Part shown: one piece after another, positions 24,197 to 32,080 of the stretch
Position numbering within the stretch: the first letter of the stretch is position 1
Layout: every line of letters begins with the position of its first letter
From: Escherichia coli
GTDB lineage: Bacteria; Pseudomonadota; Gammaproteobacteria; Enterobacterales; Enterobacteriaceae
Length of the DNA: 64,000 bases
Assembly: GCF_048403405.1 (NCBI RefSeq)
Contig: NZ_CP183129.1
Strand: one strand, 5' to 3'
The notes under the pieces: generated by a model
Databases searched by the model: none
Seen by the model: only the letters and a program-made list of their open reading frames with translations
What the model was told of the DNA's origin: nothing
Made by a program: the position numbers and the translations under genes

Positions 24197-24457
24197 ATGC
24201 CGATTCTGACGCATGAAATAAACAATTATTTTGATCAATTCGGACTTCATGATATTGCTTCAATGCCTACCACTCAGTACCGTCAGGCCCTTGCAAATGG
24301 TGGTTTACTGTGGATTGATCATCATGATTTTATTCGTAGCACGCTATCAGATGAAATCCTTGCAACAAATCAAGAGCAGGTTAATGTTTTGATTGAGCAT
24401 TTGCAGGTTTTAAGGAAAAAAATGCCACTACCTCCTAATTGGATGAGTGAGAAATGA
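24197..24457 (+). CDS. hypothetical protein (86 aa)
   Basis: AGGAAG SD before the ATG. AT-rich, no recognisable motif. Ends at the shared hairpin terminator. Confidence 0.5.
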   Translation: MPILTHEINNYFDQFGLHDIASMPTTQYRQALANGGLLWIDHHDFIRSTLSDEILATNQEQVNVLIEHLQVLRKKMPLPPNWMSEK

Positions 24458-24460
24458 ATT

Positions 24461-24489
24461 ATATGGCCTGGCTCTTTGCCAGGCCATAT
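24461..24489. terminator. bidirectional hairpin terminator between convergent genes
   Basis: ATATGGCCTGG ctctttg CCAGGCCATAT (11-bp stem) between the stops at 24457 (+) and 24492 (-). Confidence 0.7.
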
Positions 24490-24491
24490 AC

Positions 24492-25001
24492 TCAAAGCAT
24501 TGTTAACAAGGCGGACGCACCAGCACCAACGAGACTGGCTACCGTACTATTATTTAGTAAATCCTTAAGCAAATTTTTTGCCTGAGGATCTTGTGATTGA
24601 GAAACTTTTTCAACAAGTTCAGTTATGCTGAGATTTACAATAAGATTGTTATGCTCACCGAGTTGAACCTGTGTACCGGATATGTTACCAATGTTAAATG
24701 TATTTTGGCTAGATTGTTTTGGTTTATGTTCATTAGCAGTCAGATTCTCGACTTTTAATGTAAGCATGTGAGGGTGATTAGTACCAACATTGAGTGTACC
24801 TCCTGGTAAAAATGACATATCAATTACTTTTAATATTATTTCCCCCTTCCCTAGTTTTTGAGTGATTTCATCTCCAATATTAATATCTGGTTCTTCAGTA
24901 TAAGGGATTAGCACTTTTTTTTCAGCTGAGTTTCTTTTCCCCTTGTATTCAACTCCTGCGATTGTGAATTTTTCTGGATATGCCATGACGTTAAGATCCA
25001 T
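24492..25001 (-). CDS. hypothetical 169-aa protein: beta-rich N-domain, RHIM-like 'FNIGNISGTQVQLGEHNN' module, hydrophobic Gly/Ala-rich C-tail (candidate effector)
   Basis: Strong SD GAGGAG 7 nt upstream, 29 nt after the upstream gene's stop. The C-terminus is STVASLVGAGASALLTML. The motif translation was checked by hand against the DNA at about 24636-24707. Confidence 0.7.
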   Translation of the reverse strand: MDLNVMAYPEKFTIAGVEYKGKRNSAEKKVLIPYTEEPDINIGDEITQKLGKGEIILKVIDMSFLPGGTLNVGTNHPHMLTLKVENLTANEHKPKQSSQNTFNIGNISGTQVQLGEHNNLIVNLSITELVEKVSQSQDPQAKNLLKDLLNNSTVASLVGAGASALLTML

Positions 25002-25030
25002 TATGTTGCTCCTCGTGATCGCTTTTGCGT

Positions 25031-25807
25031 TTAACTAGTAGATTTGAAAGTGTATTTTGTCTGTGTGTTAAGGTTTGATATTAGAGCTTCATAGTTTTCT
25101 TTACTCAGTAAGTTTTTTGAGTAGGCCTTCTTAAGAAGGTTTTTTGAGAGAGTAATAATTTCTTTTTCACCAGTTGATGCAATTTTTGAGAAGAACTCAG
25201 AGAGCTCTTGTATATTAATATTGTTATTTGTACCAAGTTGTACGTATTGGCTATTTACAGTAGCTATGTTGAATATGTTTTGTTTTGGATGCGTTTTTTT
25301 TAGCTTTTCAATTTCAGCATGTTCTATGATTTTTTGAGAGATACTTTCAATATAACCACTAACGTCTTTTTTTTCTGGGAAGGAAAACCCATCACCTCTT
25401 AATATTTTATCTGTTTCGGCCATTTCATAGTAAAGCCTGCGAATCATCACAAGTAATAGTAATTTAGCCTCCTCGATTGACTCCTCTATTGAGAATTGAC
25501 ATTCAATTGCTAACGCGGAGGTCTGCTCTAAAACAATTTCTGAGTTATTTTCAATGTAAGGATTGATAAAACCATTCCAAAAAATTTGAACGGGAGTACC
25601 TTTAAATGCCAAACCTTGATAGCATATTTCTGTTCCATCATATGCAGTAACTTTCATGGGGGGGCCTGCATTGAAAAATCGCCATCTATGAATCAGTTTG
25701 GTTAATCTTTCGTCAATCTCCCGAACTAATTTATAAGTCCTTTTGAACAATGGGGATGGTCGCATCCCAGGAACAGCAAGAATTTCTTTTGTCACTTGAA
25801 TCTCCAT
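25031..25807 (-). CDS. hypothetical 258-aa protein carrying the same 'FNIATVNSQYVQLGTNNN' module (candidate sensor/partner)
   Basis: Long ORF in an AT-rich segment and first gene of a two-gene operon. The motif was checked by hand against the DNA at about 25211-25282. No known catalytic motifs recognised. Confidence 0.65.
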   Translation of the reverse strand: MEIQVTKEILAVPGMRPSPLFKRTYKLVREIDERLTKLIHRWRFFNAGPPMKVTAYDGTEICYQGLAFKGTPVQIFWNGFINPYIENNSEIVLEQTSALAIECQFSIEESIEEAKLLLLVMIRRLYYEMAETDKILRGDGFSFPEKKDVSGYIESISQKIIEHAEIEKLKKTHPKQNIFNIATVNSQYVQLGTNNNINIQELSEFFSKIASTGEKEIITLSKNLLKKAYSKNLLSKENYEALISNLNTQTKYTFKSTS

Positions 25808-26054
25808 AGTTTATCAGCATTTTTGTAAATTATTTGTGTGTTAACATTCAAGACTGTTCGTAACAAAAATACCTTATTTACATCAATTTTTTGATCCATA
25901 TCTTAAATAGTGGCACTCAGACGTGAGCCGCCACTGTTGCCGTCCGATCCCCTGCGCGATGCCGGGTTGATCTGCGAGATGCCGAGAGTGTCGGGCGGCG
26001 CTCCCTCCGTGTTGGTTTCACGTCCTGAATCTTAACCAATACGAGAAAACCTTC

Positions 26055-27224
26055 ATGAAGAAATTAATCGAGCTCCGCCAGCAAAAAAACGCCCTGAAAA
26101 ACCAGATGCGATCCCTGCTGGAAAAAGCCGACAGTGAAAACCGCAGCCTGAACGATGACGAGGGCAAACAGTTTGATGAACTGCGTGCAAAAGCTGATTC
26201 CCTCGATACAGACATTTCCCGCCTCGAGTCTGTGGCTGATGAAGAACGCAGCAAGCCAGGAACGGGCATCCAGAAAGTATCATCTGATGAATTGCGTAAC
26301 TACATCGTAACCGGAGATGTGCGATCTCTGTCCACCAGCACTGACAGCGGCAGGGATGGCGGATATACCGTAATTCCTGAGCTTGATCGCGAAGTCATGC
26401 GCCAGCTACAGGATGACAGTGTTATGCGCGTGATCGCGACCGTGAAGACTGCAAAATCAAATGAGTTTCAGAAACTGGTTTCCACTGGCGGCGCAACTGT
26501 AGGACGAGGCACAGAAGGCAGCGCACGCAGTGAAACCAACACCCCGAAAATTGAACGCGTAACCATCAAGCTGAACCCGATCTACGCCTACCCGAAAACC
26601 ACGCAGGAAATCCTAGATTTTTCAGAGGTGGATATTCTGGGCTGGTTATCCTCCGAAATTGCCGACACGTTCGCCAGCACCGAAGAGGATGATTTTGTTA
26701 ATGGCAACGGTAACGGCAAGCCGAAAGGCTTCATGGCTTACACCCGTGCGGCGACCAGTGACAAAACCCGCGCTTTTGGCACCATTGAAAAAATGGTAGC
26801 GGCAAGTGGAACCGCCATTACAGCGGACGAACTGATCGACATTCTCTACAAGCTGAAAGCGAAATACCGCAAAAATGCCGTCTGGGTGATGAACTCGGGC
26901 ACGGCAGGGACACTACAGAAGCTGAAAAATGAGAACGGCGATTATATCTGGCGCGACAGCCTTAAAGAAGGTGCGCCGGATATGTTGCTTGGTCGTCCTG
27001 TTTACTGCCTGGAGTCCATGCCGGACATCGGCGCAGGAAAAGCACCGCTAGCGGTTGGCGATTTCAGTCGTGGTTATTTCATCGTTGATCATGTAACAGG
27101 GATTCGCACCCGACCGGACAACATTACTGAACCCGGATTCTACAAGGTCCACACGGATAAATATCTGGGCGGTGGTGTGGTGGATTCAAACGCCATCAAA
27201 ATTCTGGAAATGAAAGCTGGCTAG
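26055..27224 (+). CDS. HK97-family major capsid protein
   Basis: 389 aa with an N-terminal coiled-coil delta/scaffold domain (MKKLIELRQQKNALKNQMRSLLEKAD...) followed by an HK97-fold-type sequence. Confidence 0.9.
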   Translation: MKKLIELRQQKNALKNQMRSLLEKADSENRSLNDDEGKQFDELRAKADSLDTDISRLESVADEERSKPGTGIQKVSSDELRNYIVTGDVRSLSTSTDSGRDGGYTVIPELDREVMRQLQDDSVMRVIATVKTAKSNEFQKLVSTGGATVGRGTEGSARSETNTPKIERVTIKLNPIYAYPKTTQEILDFSEVDILGWLSSEIADTFASTEEDDFVNGNGNGKPKGFMAYTRAATSDKTRAFGTIEKMVAASGTAITADELIDILYKLKAKYRKNAVWVMNSGTAGTLQKLKNENGDYIWRDSLKEGAPDMLLGRPVYCLESMPDIGAGKAPLAVGDFSRGYFIVDHVTGIRTRPDNITEPGFYKVHTDKYLGGGVVDSNAIKILEMKAG

Positions 27225-27237
27225 TCATGAGTAAGGA

Positions 27238-27258
27238 GGAGGCTGCGGCCTCCTTTTT
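27238..27258 (+). terminator. hairpin + T-run just after the capsid gene (candidate partial terminator/attenuator)
   Basis: GGAGGC tgcg GCCTCC TTTTT, located between the capsid stop and the protease start. Confidence 0.45.
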
Positions 27259-27278
27259 CAGCTTTATGGAGTACACCG

Positions 27279-27839
27279 ATGAAAAACACCGATTTTGAAA
27301 TCCGCACATCTGAACTGACCGCCAGCAATAAAAAGCTGGTGGGGTATGCCGTTCGCTGGAACAGCCTTTCAGAAATTATCTGGGACGAATTCCGCGAACA
27401 GTTCACGCCGGGGGCTTTTGCTGACTATCTGGCGGCGGGTAATGATGTGCGCTGCCTGTATGAGCATGACTATACCCAACTGCTGGGGCGCACCAAATCC
27501 GGCACTCTGGTACTGACTGAGGATAACACCGGGTTACGTTTTGAACTGACACCGCCGGATACCCAGCTTGGAAAAGATGTGCTTACGCTGGTGGAGCGTG
27601 GCGACATTACAGGAATGAGCTTTGGTTTTCGCGCATTATGCGAGGAGTGGAGTATCGCGCAAAAACCGTATTTGCGTACCGTAACCGCCGCTGAACTCCG
27701 TGAAATCACAATAACGTCGATGCCTGCTTATCCAGAATCTGGCGTGGAGATTGCCCACCGTTCGTTGTTTGCACAGCACCCTGAATTATGCCCGACAGGA
27801 AATAATCGTCATCGCTGGTCTGAGCTGGCGGGGTTGTGA
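27279..27839 (+). CDS. HK97-family prohead maturation protease
   Basis: 186 aa. The pattern GYAVRWN...FTPGAF...VRCLYEHD...LLGRT..GTL.L.ED..GL.F......T..G.D.L.L..RGD..GMSFGF matches the S78/U35 prohead protease family. Confidence 0.88.
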   Translation: MKNTDFEIRTSELTASNKKLVGYAVRWNSLSEIIWDEFREQFTPGAFADYLAAGNDVRCLYEHDYTQLLGRTKSGTLVLTEDNTGLRFELTPPDTQLGKDVLTLVERGDITGMSFGFRALCEEWSIAQKPYLRTVTAAELREITITSMPAYPESGVEIAHRSLFAQHPELCPTGNNRHRWSELAGL

Positions 27840-27840
27840 T

Positions 27841-29055
27841 ATGTGGTGGCCTTTTAGTCGTAAAAAAAGCGAGCAGCGTAACCTGTCCATTGATGATTTT
27901 CTGGCGCTGTCCGGCGTACCGAATACCGGATCCGGAGAATATGTTTCTGCCGGGACGGCTGAATCATTGCCTGCAGTGATGAATGCGGTTTCTGTCATCG
28001 CTGAGGCGGTGGCCACGATGCCGTGTTATCTGTATCTGGTACGTAATGACAAGGGCAGGGAGGCGCGGGAATGGCTGGACAGTCACCCGGTAGATATTCT
28101 GCTGAATGAGCAGCCTAATTCGTGCCAGACACCTTACCAGTTTAAACGCACAATGATGCGTCACTGCCTGCTGAACGGTAACGCCTATGCGGTTATTGAG
28201 TGGGGGCAGGACGGGCAGCCAAAATCACTTCATCCTTATGCGCCGGGGTGTGTTGTACCGGAACGCACAGGCGCACACAAATACCGCTATACCATCACCG
28301 AACCCTATACAGGAACGGTGCGCACGTATTTACAGGAAGAAGTTCTGCATCTCCGCTATGCCTCGGATGATGGCTTTCTGGGGCGCTCCCCCGTCACGAT
28401 TTGCCGTGAGGCACTTGGGCTTGGCCTTGCTCAACAGCGCCACGGAGCCAGCATTATGAAAGATGGCATGATGGCGGCAGGGATTATCACGTCAGGCGAA
28501 TGGCTGGACGGCGTGAAAGGTAAACAGGCATTGGATGCTCTGGAACGCTACAAGGGGGCGAAAAATGCCGGAAAAACGCCAATCCTTGAAGGGGGCATGG
28601 ATTACAGGCAACTGGGAATGAGTAACCAGGATGCGGAATGGCTGGCCTCCCGTCGCTTCTCCATTGAAGACATCGCCCGCATGTTCAACGTATCGCCTAT
28701 TTTTCTGCAGGAATACAGCAACAGCACCTACAGCAATTTCAGCGAGGCAAGCCGCGCGTTTCTGACCATGACAATGCGCCCGTGGCTGGCGAACTTCGAA
28801 CAGCAAATCAAGGCCGCTTTGCTGGTGGCTTCTCCCGTACCTGGTACCCGTTATCTGGTTGAGTTTGATTCAGCCGATTTATTACGCGCCACACCCACCG
28901 AACGTTATGCCACGTATGAGAAAGGGATTAAGAACGGGATCATGAATCCGAACGAAGCCCGTGAGCGTGAGGGTATGCCGCCGCGTGAAGGTGGTGATGA
29001 GTTCAGCCAGGCATGGAAACAGACTGTGGAAATTAAAGGGAGAAAAGATGAGTGA
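27841..29055 (+). CDS. HK97-family portal protein
   Basis: 404 aa from MWWPFSRKK, with the start abutting the protease stop. Portal-type sequence (NPNEARE..G.PP..GGD C-terminal region). Confidence 0.88.
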   Translation: MWWPFSRKKSEQRNLSIDDFLALSGVPNTGSGEYVSAGTAESLPAVMNAVSVIAEAVATMPCYLYLVRNDKGREAREWLDSHPVDILLNEQPNSCQTPYQFKRTMMRHCLLNGNAYAVIEWGQDGQPKSLHPYAPGCVVPERTGAHKYRYTITEPYTGTVRTYLQEEVLHLRYASDDGFLGRSPVTICREALGLGLAQQRHGASIMKDGMMAAGIITSGEWLDGVKGKQALDALERYKGAKNAGKTPILEGGMDYRQLGMSNQDAEWLASRRFSIEDIARMFNVSPIFLQEYSNSTYSNFSEASRAFLTMTMRPWLANFEQQIKAALLVASPVPGTRYLVEFDSADLLRATPTERYATYEKGIKNGIMNPNEAREREGMPPREGGDEFSQAWKQTVEIKGRKDE

Positions 29056-29350
29056 AGCCAGAATTACACCTGATGAAGTCAGGGCACATCTTCGACTTGA
29101 TGATGATTTATCCGGTGAAGGCGAACTTCTGAAAATGTATACCGATGCGGCGCTGGAAGCCTGCCAGAAGCATATCGGGAAACGTTTTGAAGACGGGCTG
29201 GAATTTACCCCGGCAATGCGTGTTGGTTGCCTGATGTACATCGCTTTCCTGTACGAGAACCGGGAAGCGGTTTCACCAGTGGAGCACTCGGAACTGCCTA
29301 TGGCTATTTCTGCGCTCTGGTCAGTTTATCGTGACGTAGGGGTGTACTGA
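29048..29350 (+). CDS. gp6-like head-tail connector (adaptor) protein
   Basis: 100 aa: MSEARITPDEVRAHLRLDDD...LLKMYTDAALEACQKHIG, a typical gp6-like/DNA-packaging-connector N-terminus. It overlaps the portal stop. Confidence 0.75.
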   Translation: MSEARITPDEVRAHLRLDDDLSGEGELLKMYTDAALEACQKHIGKRFEDGLEFTPAMRVGCLMYIAFLYENREAVSPVEHSELPMAISALWSVYRDVGVY

Positions 29351-29790
29351 TGCCGTGGCAACCATTAAGGCGATGCACTGAGCCTGGCTGTAATAAGCGC
29401 GTGAAGTCCGGCAAGTGTGAAGAGCACAGGCGGGCTGCATGGCGTGCAGAGGATGCCAGACGGGGACACCGCCGCGCGCGCGGGTATTCCCGACAGTGGG
29501 ACAAATACCGCGCCCTGTACCTGAGCAAAAACCCGTTATGCGTGCGTTGTCTGGCTAAGGGGATTTATACGCCAGCTCTTGTGGTGGATCACATCATTCC
29601 CATCAATGGCGGCGGTGATGTTCTCTTCTGGCCTGAGTGGAATCACCAGGCATTGTGCCAGACGTGCCACAACCGTAAGACGACACGGGAAGATCCAGCC
29701 ACGAAAGCAAACCGTAAAGCGGGCATGTATCACGAGCAGGAAGAACGGGCGGCACACCGTAACGACTGGATGTATGGCGATGATGACTGA
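29350..29790 (+). CDS. HNH endonuclease (packaging-associated)
   Basis: 146 aa with the HNH core VVDHIIPINGGGD...NHQALCQTCHNRKT and Cys-rich zinc motifs. It lies directly upstream of terS/terL, as in HK97-like cos phages. Confidence 0.88.
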   Translation: MPWQPLRRCTEPGCNKRVKSGKCEEHRRAAWRAEDARRGHRRARGYSRQWDKYRALYLSKNPLCVRCLAKGIYTPALVVDHIIPINGGGDVLFWPEWNHQALCQTCHNRKTTREDPATKANRKAGMYHEQEERAAHRNDWMYGDDD

Positions 29791-30078
29791 ACAGGAGCAA
29801 ACCAGGCTGATACGTGGACTGATAAGGCAGCGTGACACATGGAAGACACAGGAGACAGAGCACAAAGCCAACAGGACAGGGCGCACAAAACTCACCACAG
29901 CGAAGCGATTAACCGACCGTGACCGCGAGGTCATGGAATGTTTTCGCAATCGCTGGTGAGGCCGTCAGAGGGGGTGGGGGTGGTTTTCAGGACGAAACCG
30001 TCCCTGCCGGACACCGACCGCCCCCTCAAATTTTTGTGCACGGTAATTTTTTTGAAAATAATTGGGCGAAAAAAGAAC

Positions 30079-30435
30079 ATGGCAAGACCACCAAAAGCCC
30101 CCGCTTACCTGGATGAAATCGCGGTCAGGCAGTGGAAGGAAAAATCGCGCCAGCTTTCCGGGCGGGAAGACCTTACCCCCGCCGACTGGAGCAATCTGGA
30201 ACTGTATTGTGTTAACTACTCCATATACCGCAAAGCCGTCGAAGACCTTGCGACGCGCGGGTTCAGCATTGTTAACAGTCAGGGCAGCGAGAGCAGAAAC
30301 CCCGCACTGAGCGCAAAGGCTGACGCAGAAAGAATAATGATCAAAATGGCTTCTTTGCTGGGTTTTGACCCGGTAAGCCGTCGCAGAAATCCACCGGAAA
30401 CAGAGGAAGAGGACGAACTTGACCGCCTGGCATGA
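30079..30435 (+). CDS. terminase small subunit (P27 family)
   Basis: 118 aa from MARPPKAPAYLDEIAVRQWKE..., typical of the P27-family TerS N-terminus. The longer ORF-track start was rejected. Confidence 0.8.
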   Translation: MARPPKAPAYLDEIAVRQWKEKSRQLSGREDLTPADWSNLELYCVNYSIYRKAVEDLATRGFSIVNSQGSESRNPALSAKADAERIMIKMASLLGFDPVSRRRNPPETEEEDELDRLA

Positions 30436-32080
30436 GTACGCAGAAGGCGTAAAAAACGGCAAAATTACGGCCTGTAAACGACTGAAACAGGCCGTTAAAC
30501 GGTATTTTTCTGACCTTGAAAACTCCCTTTACACGTTCGATCCGGAGGTCGTGGAGCGGTTTATTGCCTTTTCCCGGGTGTGTCCGCACGTAAAAGGCGC
30601 AATGCGCGGTAGTCCCATTGAACTGGAGCCGTGGCAGCAGTTCGCCTTTGCCTGCATCCTGGGCTTTAAGGTTAAGGCCACCGGACGGCGCAAATACACC
30701 AGCGCATTCATTGAAGTACCGCGAAAAAATGCCAAATCCACGGTCGCCGCTATCCTGGCTAACTGGTTTCTGGTTATGGAAAACGGGCAGCAGGATATTT
30801 ACACCGCCGCCGTGAGTCGTGATCAGGCGCGGATCGTGTTTGATGATGCGCGTCAGATGTGCCTTTTATCCCGACCGTTACGAAAGCGGGTAAATATTCA
30901 GGCACACAAGGTGATACACCCGAAAACTAACAGCCTGTTAAAGCCACTGGCAGCAAAAGCGGCAACCATTGAAGGTACAAATCCGAGTCTTGCCATTGTG
31001 GATGAATATCACCTGCACCCTGACAACGGGGTTTATTCCGCACTTGAGCTGGGGATGGGGGCGCGTCCGGAGGGGCTGTTATTTGCCATCACCACATCGG
31101 GGAGCAACGTTGTTTCAGCCTGTAAACAACACTATGACTATTGCTGTCAGATACTGGATGGTGAAGAGATGAACGAATCCATGTTCGTTCTGATTTACGA
31201 GCTGGATGATGAAAGCGAGGTTGACGATCCGGCCATGTGGATAAAGGCGAATCCAAATATCGATGTTTCCGTCGATCGTGAAAAACTGGCCTCAACCATC
31301 CAGAAAGCGCGGGGTATTCCGTCGCAGTGGGTGGAAATGCTCACCAAGCGATTCAATATCTGGTGTCAGGGGGCTACGCCGTGGATGGGTAACGGTGCAT
31401 GGGCGGAGTGCGCCGGAACGTTCGCGGAGGCGGATTTATACGGGCAGGAGTGCTACGCGGGACTGGACTTATCATCAACCAGCGATATTTCCAGCGTGTG
31501 CTATGCCTTTCCGGTCGGTAAAAAGATTATGCTGGTTTCCCGTCACTATCTGCCGGAATTTCAGCTACAGAACCCCGCCAATAAAAACCGCGCCATCTAT
31601 CGCCAGTGGGTAAAGGCGGGCTGGATACGCACAACACCGGGTGACTGCATTGATTATGACCGTATCCGTGATGACATCATGGCGGATGCAGAGAATTTCA
31701 ATATCAGGCTGGTGGGCTTCGATACATGGAACGCCACGCACCTGAGGACGCAGCTACAGGGGGCAGGATTTGAGGTGGAGCCGTTCCCGCAAACATACCT
31801 TCGTTTCAGTCCGGCGGCGAAATCGTTCGAAGTTTTTGTTAACCGGAAGGTGATTGTGCATCGTGGTGATCCGGTGCTGGCCTGGTCAATGAGTAATGTT
31901 GTGATGCAGAGTGACGCGAACGCCAATATCAAGCCGAACAAGAAAAAATCATCCAACAAGATAGACCCGAGCGTTGCGGCGCTGATGGCGTTTGGCACAT
32001 TCCAGGCAGAGCATGAGGAATTTGCATTTGATATGAGCGACAGCCACAAAGAGCGACTTGCGGCGTTTGATGGGGTATGA
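30419..32080 (+). CDS. terminase large subunit
   Basis: 553 aa with a TTG start overlapping the terS end. It has an ATPase Walker-A-like VPRKNAKST and Walker B AIVDEYH, followed by a nuclease domain. Confidence 0.9.
   Translation: MTAWHEYAEGVKNGKITACKRLKQAVKRYFSDLENSLYTFDPEVVERFIAFSRVCPHVKGAMRGSPIELEPWQQFAFACILGFKVKATGRRKYTSAFIEVPRKNAKSTVAAILANWFLVMENGQQDIYTAAVSRDQARIVFDDARQMCLLSRPLRKRVNIQAHKVIHPKTNSLLKPLAAKAATIEGTNPSLAIVDEYHLHPDNGVYSALELGMGARPEGLLFAITTSGSNVVSACKQHYDYCCQILDGEEMNESMFVLIYELDDESEVDDPAMWIKANPNIDVSVDREKLASTIQKARGIPSQWVEMLTKRFNIWCQGATPWMGNGAWAECAGTFAEADLYGQECYAGLDLSSTSDISSVCYAFPVGKKIMLVSRHYLPEFQLQNPANKNRAIYRQWVKAGWIRTTPGDCIDYDRIRDDIMADAENFNIRLVGFDTWNATHLRTQLQGAGFEVEPFPQTYLRFSPAAKSFEVFVNRKVIVHRGDPVLAWSMSNVVMQSDANANIKPNKKKSSNKIDPSVAALMAFGTFQAEHEEFAFDMSDSHKERLAAFDGV

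Noticed and set aside
27229-27300. 23-codon mini-ORF (MSKEEAAASFFSFMEYTDEKHRF) behind a strong-looking TAAGGAGGA
   Set aside because: The 'SD' and most of the ORF form the stem-loop of the post-capsid hairpin. It is too short and unsupported to call.
29536-29959. Overlapping ORFs 29536-29949 (-), 29579-29959 (+) and 29603-29863 (-)
   Set aside because: They overlap the well-supported HNH gene in other frames or on the other strand. Only the terminal 58 codons of the + frame (from 29783) are kept as a low-confidence possibility.
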